Shown: positions 24,301 through 34,949, numbered from the stretch's first letter. The stretch: 64,000 bases of DNA from Podarcis cretensis (GCA_951804945.1 OX638149.1:51956001-52020000); one strand, 5' to 3'. Program-made: numbers and translations. Notes: a model not told the origin generated them from the letters alone.

Positions 24301-26047
24301 CTCTTCAAGCCCTTGATCAGGTAGGAAAGTGCAAAGGTACTTTGCTCTGTGGTGGAACTCGCTTTGGTATGAGGAAGAGTGGCTTCCTTAGGAGCCAAGT
24401 GGGGTTTTATCATCAGAATCCTGAGACTTTTTTGTTAAGTAGGTTGCTGGTAACTTGTGTATATGTAAACACTTACTGTGATGACAGCATCTGATAACAC
24501 CTTTCATTTAATTTTACATTTTTATCCATGTCCTTCCTCCATGAAGCTTGAGGGTAGCATGCATTGTTACCCACAGTTTTATCCTCGTAATAACTCTATG
24601 AGATAGTGTTAGGGAACTGCCATCGGAAAGGCAGGAGGTGGAGGGTCTCTCAGAAGTCAGGAGAGACTCAGCAGCGGAGGAAGGCACCAGCAGGGGGAGA
24701 GTGGCCTACAACAACGCGGAGAATGTGTCCACAGGGATAAGTCCCTTCCTGGCCAATTATGGGTGTCATCCCAGGGCATTTCCAGGAGAAGGAGGGGAGA
24801 GATGGAGTGTCCCGGCTGCGGAACACTTTGTTGAAGAGATGGAAGCGATCCACCGGCAACTCCAACTTAACTTAGAGAGGGCCAAGGAAGAATACAAGAA
24901 GCAAGCAGACAGAAGCAGAAGGGAAGGTGAAACCATAAGGGTGGGGGACAGGGTGTGACTATCCACCCAAGGACTGCCGTTCAAGGGAGGGTGTAAGAAA
25001 TTGAGACCCAAACGGCTGGGACCCTTTGAGGTCATACAACAGGTCAACCCGGTAGCATTCAAACTCAGATTGCCCAACCACATGAAACTGCACCCAGTAT
25101 TTCACAGGTCTCTACTGTCACCATACCGAGAGGGGCGAGAGTGGGGGGAACGTGAGAGGGGGGTTACTCAAACACCGGTCATAGAAGAAAGGGAACGCAA
25201 CATGCATGTGGCAGAAATCATTGATTCCAGGTGGAAAGGGAATCAGGTGGAGTATTTGGTAGAATGGGAAGGGGAAGCGGAGTCGGAAAACACATGGGTG
25301 CCGGCAGAAGAGGTCAACGACGAGGTTTTAATAGAAACGTTTCATCAACGGTTTCCAAGGAAACCTCAGCCCATGGGACGGTTCAGGAGGGAACACTTCG
25401 GCACCACCGATGAGGAAGAGGAGTTTGAAGGGTTCCCAGAATCAAGGCTGGAAGAGGGAATAGACTCCGACGAGGAAGAGGACACAGGGAGAAGAGACGG
25501 GAGGCAGTGGAGAGAAGTGTTTGAGTCCTCTGATGATGAGGAGTGTTCTTTCCGGGGTTTTCCATCCTCACCGCCAGCAGGGGAAGGGGCGGGAGGGGGT
25601 GAAGGGGGCCCTGGAGGGGAGGTGGATGTCAGGGAACTGCCATCGGAAAGGCAGGAGGTGGAGGGTCTCTCAGAAGTCAGGAGAGACTCAGCAGCGGAGG
25701 AAGGCACCAGCAGGGGGAGAGTGGGAGATCAGAGAGAGAGAGAAACGAAGGAATGGCTCAGGGAGTCTTCCAGCGATAACAGCGGAGAAGTCTCAGGTCC
25801 TCCCATAGGTACACCCACTCTTCGCCGGAAACTGTCGCGCCGAGAATCCAGACGACGCGTTTCTGTCAAGGAGCTTTTATGCTGGAGTAGATTCCGTAAA
25901 CGCCCACTGTCGGATTCTGCCAGCGATTGAGGGAGCCACGCTTAAGGGCTCCGCTAAAGACAGAGTCCTGCTAAGCTGAGCAAACTCTGAGGGACTAAGC
26001 TTTTACGCACAAGCAGCTCATCATCCCATCACAGATAGATTAGATTG

Positions 26048-26081
<34 letters not shown>

Positions 26082-29000
26082 TGAATCACAGTTGCAGGTT
26101 CAGATCCCCACTTTGCATCTCCGTGGCTTGTCAGTACACAAAATATTGGCTCTAATTTCTATAAGCTATAATTTCTATAATGTGGGGCTCCTAGAGTGTT
26201 TGTTCATTGCAAGGATATGCATAGATGGCTCATCTTGTATATTCCATATCATTTTTAGACAGCTGTTGCTCACTGATGTCAGCTATATCCTGTCATAGTT
26301 GCAAGATCCCCTCCATTTTCTGTCCAAAGCTTTCAGTGTGTGCCTTGAATTGCATTATATAGTCCTATGAGGTAAGAGGAAAGTGGGTATCATGTTCCTG
26401 CATACTCTTGATCTCTATCTGAGAGTGTGGAAATTGTCCTGCAGATTAGTACTTGACTGGAGCTTGTTGCTTCCTCTTTTCTGTCTAACTGAAGAATTAG
26501 GTTTGATAAACTTTGTTTCTGACTTATGCTGAGTGACTGACCCTGACATGCAGGCCCCTGCTTGCATTGTTGTCCTTTAGTTGGCTAATAGCCCAGACTT
26601 GTTTCAGATATTTCCTGGCCTCTGCCAGAGAATGAGGAGGAAATAACAAAGGACATAACTTGTATTGTCAGCAAAGTCCCCAGGTTGAGGCACCAGAGAA
26701 GTACCTTTTAGCACATTGCCAGGCCTAGCTGGGGTATTTCAGTAATGGACAAATCCCTGCCTATGTGTTGGGGAACTGCAGAGTGGTCCAACTGGCACAC
26801 AAGCATTGCCTCACAGTTCTCAGTACCATTTTTACCTCTTCATCTCATCTCTACAAGCCACCCAGAGATGTACTAGTGCTGCTACTCTGTACCCTAATTT
26901 CTTTCTTACTGGTTTGTCACCTGTCTTGCAGCTTTAAGTTTGGACGGAAGATTTTCTATGCAAACTACCTGAGTGACCTGGAGGAGCATGTGAAACTGGA
27001 GCAGCTGGGTATCCCAAGCCAGGTGCTAAAGTGAGAGCATGTTTAATTATTTGCTGGTGTTTAATTTTACTGTTTACTATTAGATTCTGATGGATTGTTT
27101 AATGTTGCTTTGTTTGACATAAGTTGTTTGTTTTAAAGTTATTGTAACTTTTTATATTGGATTAGATTGTTATTGTTTGATGTTTAATTATGCTTTTATA
27201 CCTGTTATTATTATTCTTATCAACATCATCATCATTATCCACTTTGCCTACTAGCTTACCTTTTGTTTCTGTAGAGGAGGCTGGAACAGGGAGGAGAACA
27301 GGGTGAGCAGAGAGGGAGTGGGGTGGCGAAGGGACACTGGGAGTCTGACTTGTCGGCTCATACAGTATGATGTTGTGAGCTGCTGAGATGGCTCTCTCCT
27401 CTGCATGGCTTGCTCTTTATTGTCATGTGACCCTCAGAAGGTTTCCCAAGAGGGAGTGTGGCTTCGGGCTAAAAAAGGATCATCGCAACTGATGTAGCAG
27501 AAGTAGCTTGTAAGTACTTCTTACAAGAAGTAGCTTGTAACTAGCGTAGTGCCAGGGCCTCTGGGCTTGTGTTTACAGGATAATGGGACACTGGACACCA
27601 GCTTAGCACTTTTTGGTGTAGTTTAGAATGATTCCATACATACATGTTTGTGTCTGTCTCTCACTGTAGGTATGATGAATATCTGAGATCCCTGCAGAAG
27701 CCCTCCCAAGTGCCTCAGAAAGTAACCCCACCACGCCCACCTCTGCCAAACCAACAGTTTGGAGTTTCTCTCCAGCAGTGAGTATCCTCATCTTTTTTCT
27801 TTTCTTGGTGGACCAGTGATACCTATAGTCTATCTGTGGGTAGTTCTGGAAATGCTTTCCAATCATCTTGAATCAGCACCTGTGGTTAGCTTGACTTTTG
27901 CCAGCCTTGAGCTTTCTAGATCAGGGCCAGTGATACACTGGATATATTATGTCTGATTCAAAGATGTTTCTTTGGGGGAAGTGACAGGAAGAGTCTAAGC
28001 TTCTCCTTTCTCAACAGCTTACGGGAGAAGAGCTTGGATCAGAATCCCATTCCACTTGTGGTAAGGGAGACCATTGCCTATCTGCAGCAGCATGGTGAGT
28101 GAGCTAGGAGGAACCCTCTTCTGACTTGTCTTGTTGCTACATCCACTGTCCTTTGTCTCCCAACAGCACCCTTCTGTTGCATCAGCCTAGCCTTTTTAAG
28201 ATGCCTTAGCACAGACTCATTCTTTTTCCACTGCCCATCTTACTATCTTTCTTGTCATTTGATTCTGGTCTTCAGAAAGACACAGCAAAATTGAACACTA
28301 GGGAGCTGAGGGATTCTACTAACCTAATTCCCCAAGTCCCTTCTGCATAGCTGTTCCCATGCAAGTGTCCCTGTGCATGTGGCTTTCAGGATGTCTTTGT
28401 CCTGTGATATTGGAAAGACTTGCTGTTATGTGTGGTAGGTCTTCCCTGAGACTGTGCTCTTCTGTTTCTCTTTGTCCCCAGCTCTTAACACAGAGGGGAT
28501 TTTCCGACGATCAGCAAACACCCAGACAGTCAGAGAAGTTCAGCAGAAATATAATATGGGTAAGTGCCTGCATTAGGTTCCAGAAGTCTGCTTAAGCTAC
28601 TCCACTGCCCCTTTCCACCATTCTTTTTGTCTAGGCCCCAAATCTGCCCTTAGCACTTTGGACTTGTGCCCTCCCACAACGTGCTTTAACGTCTGAATAG
28701 ATCTCTGTTTGAAACTTGGCTGGAATCCAAGGAGTTTATTCCTTTTGACATAAACCTATTCCAGTCTAAATCTATACCCCCTGGATAAAGGAGGTGCTTA
28801 ACCTTCCACAGCAATTATGTTTGATCAATGTATAATGTGTTTCCTCTGTGTCATCCTCTGGGGGGTGTGTGTCTCCATTTCCCTAATATTTGCTGGAATC
28901 CTGTTGCTGGTATTTTTGAAGCAATTCTTCCAATGCTCCTAATGATTGCTGCTTTGGAGGAGGATTGAGTACCACTGATCCTTTTTTTTTTTTGACAGTG

Positions 29001-30586
29001 TGTTTACTTGCTCCTGCCATGCTTCTGCCTCTAGTTCCTGGTCTTTGGATAAGTTCCTTATTCTGCCAGGTGGAGGGGGTTCAACCCTGGTGCTCTAGTT
29101 ATGGCTTTGAACCTATCCACTTTCTTACCAGGGCTGCCTGTGGACTTTGTGCAATATGAGGACGTGCACCTGCCAGCTGTGATTCTCAAGACCTTCTTGC
29201 GGGAGCTGCCTGAGCCTCTCCTCACCTATGGTCTCTACAATGACGTCGTCAGTTTCTACAGTGAGTGGCTACCAAGAGTGTCCTGATCCCAAAGCAGAAA
29301 ACTCCTCTAAATACGCTCTACCCAGAGTTGTGCTGTACTCTCACAGCAGATTGGCTGTATTATGCTTTCCCAGGGCAGCATAGTAAAAGTCCTAATTCTA
29401 GTACAGTCATACCTTGGAAGTTGAACGGAATCCATTCCAGAAGTCTGTTCAACTTCCAAGCTCCTGCAGCCAATTGGAAGCTGCGGAAGCCCCATCGGAC
29501 GTTCGGGTTCCAAAGAACATTCACAAACCGGAACACTCGCTTCCGGGTTTGCGGTGTTCAGGAGTCAAAACGTTTGACTTGCAAGGCGTTTGGGATCCAA
29601 GGTATGACTTTTTGAGGGCTTTTCCTCTGCAATCCATCTCTCCACATGAAAGCTAGGACTTTGCTTGCTGGTATAAATGCCCCACTTGCTTCCCTTTCCA
29701 GGTGTAGAGGAAGAAAAGCGTGTAGATATTGTTCGCAAAACCCTCCAGAGTCTCCCGGAAGAAAATTACCAAGTGCTGTGTACACTGATGTCCTTCCTTG
29801 TGCAGGTGAGCTGTCCCAAAGCATTTATTTGCACAGCATATATGTAACATCTGAAATTCGCTGCCATAAGATACGGTGATAGGAACGGGCTTAAATGGCT
29901 TTCAGGCTGAATTAGGCTTTTCTCTCTTGTGAATTTGCGAACTATAGTGACTAAATGGCTCCTGTGTGTTCAGAAGCAGAGTACATCTGGATACTTGATG
30001 CTGGGGACAGCCAATGGGGTGGGGTTGCTGCTGTTACACCCCGCAAAAGGCTATGATTTACAACATCTGTTTTGCCATTTAAGTAATCTGTTAATGCTTT
30101 TCTCTGAAAGCTTGAAGCCTAAATGATTAAAGAAGGAGTTGGTGCAAAAGTAGGTTTTATTTCCATTAATCAATAGAAGAAAACAGTTTCAGGCTAAAAT
30201 TTCCAGCCTGTGAAGAAGCAAGAATGATTGCTGCCACATTTTAGTGTCTCGTCTGCAAGTTATCTCTTCATGCATGCTTTCCATTGGATGTTCCTTTGTG
30301 TATAAGCCTAGAGTTCTCTAGAGGCAGATGGTGAGGAACTAGGGAAGACAGAATCAAAATATATTTGTCTCTAAAGTGAAGTATTTTCTTCCTCCCTCCT
30401 ACATAGGTCTCTGCTAACAGCGACATCAACAAGATGACCAACACTAACCTGGCCGTCGTTTTTGGCCCAAACCTGCTGTGGGCCAAAGATGCAGCCATTA
30501 CCCTCAAAGCCATTAATCCTATCAATACGTTCAGCAAATTCCTACTGGACAACCAGAGGGAGCTTTTCCAGAGCCTGGAGGCTTGA
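9183..30586 (+). CDS. ARHGAP1: ARHGAP1 (Rho GTPase-activating protein 1 / Cdc42GAP), whole CDS span, 12 coding exons, 435 aa; BCH(Sec14-like) domain, proline-rich motif and RhoGAP domain
   Basis: Exons 9183-9315, 10090-10182, 23591-23678, 23999-24130, 24234-24320, 26932-27030, 27670-27777, 28018-28094, 28482-28559, 29132-29260, 29702-29805 and 30407-30586 sum to 1308 nt with an open frame and all GT-AG introns. Confidence 0.97.
10090..10182 (+). CDS. ARHGAP1: ARHGAP1 coding exon 2
   Basis: [31 protein letters not shown]. Confidence 0.95.
11160..11400 (+). mobile_element. MIR-like SINE remnant with a small palindromic insert
   Basis: GTTCAAATCC box B, GATGACCTTGGG, and core-like ACCTACCACATAGAGTTGTTATGAGAATAAAT; boundaries approximate. 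Confidence 0.5.
11825..13360 (-). mobile_element. 5'-truncated L1-clade LINE (ORF2 C-terminus + 3'UTR), interrupted by a SINE
   Basis: ORFs 12351-12749 and 12071-12370 encode an L1 ORF2 C-terminus with degenerate CCHC knuckle [18 protein letters not shown] and [10 protein letters not shown]; the frame continues beyond the SINE; AATAAA/A-rich end near 11825-11845. Confidence 0.85.
12885..13246 (+). mobile_element. Full-length Sauria-type SINE nested in L1
   Basis: GGGGACGCAGGTGGCGCTG head, (ACCTTT)n tail, 12-bp TSD TATTACAATATT at 12872-12883 and 13247-13258. Confidence 0.93.
14939..15715 (+). mobile_element. Solo LTR (ERV-like), 777 bp
   Basis: TG...CA ends with 4-bp TSD ACTA (14935-14938, 15716-15719); TATAA 15540-15544; AATAAA 15617-15622; about 52-bp tandem duplication at about 15388-15493. 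Confidence 0.75.
16543..16683. mobile_element. Palindromic MITE family member (other copies about 6500-6633, 11635-11762, 15862-15950, 33768-33900, 39060-39140, 61393-61502)
   Basis: Recurrent self-complementary core GATGTTGTTGG..CCCATCA..GGGATGAT(T/G)GGAGTTGTAGTCC..CAACATCT; boundaries approximate. Confidence 0.7.
21284..21536. mobile_element. Tc1/mariner (Tigger/pogo-like) MITE
   Basis: TIRs CAGTGGTGCC(C/T)CGCAAGACGAA, TA TSDs, internal reiterated GCAAGACGAA motifs. Confidence 0.9.
23591..23678 (+). CDS. ARHGAP1: ARHGAP1 coding exon 3
   Basis: [29 protein letters not shown]. Confidence 0.95.
23999..24130 (+). CDS. ARHGAP1: ARHGAP1 coding exon 4
   Basis: [43 protein letters not shown]. 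Confidence 0.95.
24234..24320 (+). CDS. ARHGAP1: ARHGAP1 coding exon 5
   Basis: [28 protein letters not shown]. Confidence 0.95.
24705..25930 (+). pseudogene. Remnant pol ORF: integrase C-terminus, GPY/F, chromodomain, acidic FxGF tail, LTR-encoded extension
   Basis: ORFs 24638-24958 and 25001-25930 share one frame, broken by a single TGA at 24956-24958 where W is expected (GDRV*LST). Confidence 0.88.
25627..26033 (+). repeat. 3' LTR (407 bp)
   Basis: Begins TGTCAGGG immediately after the polypurine tract and ends ATCACA; first 98 bp match 24607-24704 with one mismatch. Confidence 0.9.
26034..26078 (+). repeat. GATA/GATT + (GA)n microsatellite
   Basis: Direct reading. Confidence 0.85.
26932..27030 (+). 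CDS. ARHGAP1: ARHGAP1 coding exon 6
   Basis: [32 protein letters not shown]. Confidence 0.95.
27670..27777 (+). CDS. ARHGAP1: ARHGAP1 coding exon 7 (proline-rich)
   Basis: [35 protein letters not shown]. Confidence 0.95.
28018..28094 (+). CDS. ARHGAP1: ARHGAP1 coding exon 8
   Basis: [25 protein letters not shown]. Confidence 0.93.
28482..28559 (+). CDS. ARHGAP1: ARHGAP1 coding exon 9 (arginine finger EGIFRRS)
   Basis: [25 protein letters not shown]. Confidence 0.95.
29132..29260 (+). CDS. ARHGAP1: ARHGAP1 coding exon 10
   Basis: [42 protein letters not shown]. Confidence 0.95.
29404..29610. mobile_element. Tigger/pogo-like MITE
   Basis: TA|CAGTCATACCTTGGA ... TCCAAGGTATGACT inverted termini. 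Confidence 0.75.
29702..29805 (+). CDS. ARHGAP1: ARHGAP1 coding exon 11
   Basis: [34 protein letters not shown]. Confidence 0.95.
30407..30586 (+). CDS. ARHGAP1: ARHGAP1 last coding exon
   Basis: [59 protein letters not shown]. Confidence 0.96.
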   Translation, partial: VSANSDINKMTNTNLAVVFGPNLLWAKDAAITLKAINPINTFSKFLLDNQRELFQSLEA

Positions 30587-30755
30587 TTGAGAGCCTGTTT
30601 GTGCTGACACACCATGTGTCCACTGTGACCACTTCCTTCCTTCCTTCCTTCCCTCCCCCTCCCCTTTTCCTTTCTACTTTATCTTGGAACCGTGGCCAAG
30701 CTTAGAAAAGCATAAGGTGATGAGTGGAGTGAAAAAGTAGTAGGAGATGGCATTG

Positions 30756-30788
30756 AGTGTGTGTGTGTGTGTACACGTGTGCATGAAA

Positions 30789-30827
<39 letters not shown>
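30756..30827 (+). repeat. (GT)n and (GA)n microsatellites in the ARHGAP1 3'UTR
   Basis: Direct reading. Confidence 0.85.
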
Positions 30828-30829
<2 letters not shown>

Positions 30830-33800
30830 GGTGGTCAAGTGGGCTGGGAAGCTGGCCTCCCCATCTCTAGAAGTGGAGTGTCCAGATTCCTCTTAATTCC
30901 TTCAGTTCCCTTCCTTTCCCAAATTGCTCCCATCAAGTAGCTCTTCTTGTACCCCAGCAGAATCCCTACCTCTTGGTGCCTGTGTGATCTGGACTAATAT
31001 GTGTTGCTGCAGTGGCCCTTTGGCTGAGAGGAATCTATTTCTACTTCTCTTCTTTGGCTCACATTGGTTCTCCACATGCACCCAAGTCAGTTCTGAGCAT
31101 TCCCATTTTGGAAGGCTGCGGCCGCTACTGAACACAACCAGCTTGCTACCCTTGATGGAAAAGCTGACCCCATAAGCCCTATGGAAAACATGGGGTATAA
31201 AAGAAGATTGCTTTGTCCTGGAAGTGCCCATGTTTCTGAATAGAGAGCTATTTGTACATTTCAAGGAACTCTAGTACTTGTGGTAGTTGCTGTTACAATT
31301 TCCCTGCCATGATTTAAAGGTTAGTGCCCTCAGATATTGTGGAGACCACTCTATCTTTTTGTAATGCCCTTCTGAAGAGAGTGTCTCTGTGAAACTGGCC
31401 TTGCCATTAAGGTTTTCCATTGGGGGGGGATAGTGATTTTGTGTGTGTTTTGCTCTCCCCCTGCCAGACGGTAGGAGTCATGCAGGGGGTGTCTGCTGTC
31501 GTGGTATTAGCTCTTCAAAATGCCAAAGGCCAGATTAAAACACTGCCCATTCCTGTAACTGAAGCACAGACATCTGTGCCTCTGGTTGCTGCTGCCTTAC
31601 CATTGTGATGAGAGCATACTCAAGCAAAAGACAGATCACTGAGGCCAAACTCAAGAACCTTATGCAGAAACCTCCTTGCCCCAATCTACTGGGCAATCTT
31701 GTGCCAAAATTAGGGGAAGGTGAGTTTTCTCATTGAAGGATCACTGCCATTGTGTCCTTGTTGAGCTGAAATATAGTTGTTTTACGAATACCAGAATGGC
31801 TCTGATGGACCCTTTGTTTCCTTGGCACATGGAGATAGGAAGCATTGCTGCTCTTTTCTCTCACCTGAGAAAGGTTATGCAGCCATGCAGTATGGTTATT
31901 CCATAGATTCTTGCCTATGTGAGTTGTTCCCCCTTTCAGATCAGAAAGCTGAGTTATGCTGAACTCTAAACTAGGCTAAGCCATTGGCCTAAGCACATAA
32001 GTTTTAAGCCAAATGTGTTCTCTCAAAAATAGCAGTTTTCTGCTGAGCCTATAGAAGCTTTTGCTTTTTAATAGTGTTGTAAAAGTGCATTTTCACAATG
32101 TATTACTGCCAACTGTCGTAAGGCTATTTTGTCCACACCCAACCCATTAGTTGGCCCTGTAAAATAGCAAGCTTGGAGTTTCACAGGATTACAGAGAAGT
32201 TGGAGGTGCTTTTCTCCACCTTCCCAGAACCTGTGGCTTCCTGTCACAAGACAGTTAGAGGGAAGCTGGCAAGGTGTGTTTTGTAAATGCACAGTAGGCT
32301 ACTGTTTAAAACTGAATAAAGGAAGGCCTGTGCTATGGTTTTAAAGTAACAAATGATCAGCACTAAAATCTGCATGTGAATTATCAGTGCCCGTAGCCCA
32401 GCCAGATCCGGTGAATTGGATTCCACATCTGTCACAGATGGCTGGAAATGGTGAACCGAAGTGCTTGACACTATTATGAGGGGCTGACTAATGTGTTGGT
32501 CAGAGTTCATCATCCTACGTAAGGTACAGGATCAGTCAACATATAGGAAGTGTTCAGTCTGATAACATATAAACTTAGTTCGAAATTTTGGAACAACACA
32601 GCAGTTGGGAATATTGATTTTTCTGTTTAGCTGAGACATGGAGAGGCTTTCACCAAGAACACTAACAAGTGAACGGCAATGGGAGGAGCAAGAGCCTTTT
32701 GCCTTCTAGTGTCTCTTGTATAGAATAGTTTAGCATAGTTAACTTGCTTGCTCCTGTTCAGAGTTCCCAGGTTGGAAGGAGAAGCAGCTGGTTTCCATGG
32801 AAATCATTGCCTCGGAAATGGAAGGCCCAGGCACTTTAGGACACAAGGCTGCAGGTTCAGCCACTGCACTGTAACATTAATTCCTCATCTTATTTTAGGA
32901 TTAGGAGCAAGATCAGGCAGGAGGGAGAAAGTGCTGTCATAGCTGCCCAGTAACACTTTTATGAAGTCCACAGATTCCCAATTTGTGTGCTTGTGTGATT
33001 TCCCCCACCCCCAAACACATTGCAAATCTTTGTATTGCTAGCTACTGCACACAGTTAAAAGTGCACTCACAAAGCCCTGCAAGTAAGCCAGTGTAAAATA
33101 GCTCTGTTGCTTTCCCTACTTCGTGGGAGCTTCCAGGACACCTGGAGTACATACATGGCAGCAATGTCTGCTTTGCCTCATTGCCCTCTCCCCTCACCAT
33201 TTTTTTCCCATTTTCAAATCTCTTACCATTGTGGGCGATTGGTGGAGCTGCATGCTAGGCCTGACTGCACCCTACGAATTAAGTTTGCATCTTTGGCCAG
33301 TTAACTCCGAACTTCCTTCCCCTTCCCTTTTTTTGATTGCTGCCATGTGTGCTGTCTGAATTAGGATGGTAGGCATCCAAGCAAGTGCTTGGAATTACTA
33401 GAAGACCAGCATCTCAAAGGGCCAATTATGTCCTTCCATGCTCCTCTTGTAATAGAGGCCAAGAGCTGGTTAGATCGCCATGGCTGCACATTTTTTTCTG
33501 TCCTCCTGCAAACTTCCAGTGCTACACCTGCTTGGCTGCCTCCTTGTCATGTAGCTTCCATGTTAGATATTGGCCACAGTGCTTCTGTGGGTGGAGCGCT
33601 CCATCTCTATTGTATCCTTTGCTTGCCTAATAAAGCCCATCAGTGTCTTGGTACCCCCTGAATACACTCTGTGCTCTCACCTCTAGCAGTCAGTCATGTA
33701 TCTGTAGTGAGAAAAGCTTATGGGTGCTGCTGCTGCTTATGCTGAAGCTAATTGGATGCCTTGTGGTAGGAGTGGGGAACCTGTGGTCCTCCAGATGTTG

Positions 33801-34171
33801 GACTCCAGTGCTCATTAGCCATAGCCAGCCTGGCCAGTTTTCAGGGAGGATGGGAATTGTGATCCAGCAACATCTGGAAGGCTGCCGGTTTTCCACCTTT
33901 GCCTTATGGCAAGTCTCTTTGCTGACTCAGCAGAGGTCTTTGATGGCCAAGTGACCCCTGGTTGCGTGTTCTCCGCTGGGGTCTGTATGCAGAGTTTACA
34001 GCTTTGCTTTTTGTTGCTGTTATCTTGCATTTTTGTTCTCATTGATGTTTATTGGGAGCAGGGCTGGGTTTTTTATTTTTATTTTTACTGTGACATTAAT
34101 TTACACACCCATGTTTATTTCCTTCTAATGGTACCAATCTTGTATTTCACAGTTTGCACTTTTTGTACTTC

Positions 34172-34177
34172 AATAAA
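34172..34177 (+). terminator. ARHGAP1: Probable ARHGAP1 polyadenylation signal (3'UTR about 3.6 kb)
   Basis: AATAAA preceded by TGTA elements and followed by a GT/T-rich downstream element. Confidence 0.7.
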
Positions 34178-34949
34178 AACCCAAAGCCAATACCAGTTTT
34201 GGTGTTTTTCTTCAATGTGTTGTTCTAGAATCAGTCAACAAAAGAGACTGATTAGTATCATCCACCTGGTGCCTATACAACAATACAGTAAGTGGTGAAA
34301 TGCATATCTAATCCCCTTCAGGGAGAAGGTTATATGTTCATCCTTTGCCCAGTGTAGCACTGTCTGGTAGGTGTAAATTGATCATGGGACTTTTCCACCT
34401 TTTATTCAGGCTGTACTTTGTTACATTACTTGCTTCATAGCTGTCTGTGCTATATACAGTAAACCTGCAGCTTGTGCTTGTTTTACTTGTGCAATCACCT
34501 TATGCAGATGAGGAATAGAGCTGGGGAAATCCTCCCCTGTGTATATTTATCCCGCACCCCACACCCCCAACAGGGTATTCCTTGTTTACTGGGCTTAGGG
34601 AAGGAAGTGCATAATCTTGACTTTGAGTGAGGAACTGAATCCTCATGTAGACCACTGTATTTAATATAGTATATTCATCTTCAACATCACTAGCACCAAG
34701 TTCCTAGTTTTAAGGTTTATTCATCTTACGTTCACCAACCTGAACTCATAGCTGATCATTTCCCAGGCAATCATTTTCTCCCAAGTGGAAGCTGGTGAAA
34801 ACCAATCTTTGCTAGATAATGGGCATGACAAATGTTTTCCCCTGTGTGAAGGGAGGATGTGCCCCTGCCTTTGACTCCCCCCCTTTTTTACTGGCTTTTG
34901 GTTTAAGAATGACACTACCACCAACTTCTGTGTTGGTAACCTCAAGGCT

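Larger units (their letters stand above)
24607..26033 (+). mobile_element. Internally deleted Ty3/Gypsy chromovirus LTR retrotransposon
   Basis: 98-bp 5' LTR stub (24607-24704), integrase C-terminus (AYNN..SPF..YG, GPF motif, HPVFH), chromodomain, PPT 25601-25626, complete 3' LTR 25627-26033 (TG..CA), 5-bp TSD GATAG (24602-24606, 26034-26038). Confidence 0.93.
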
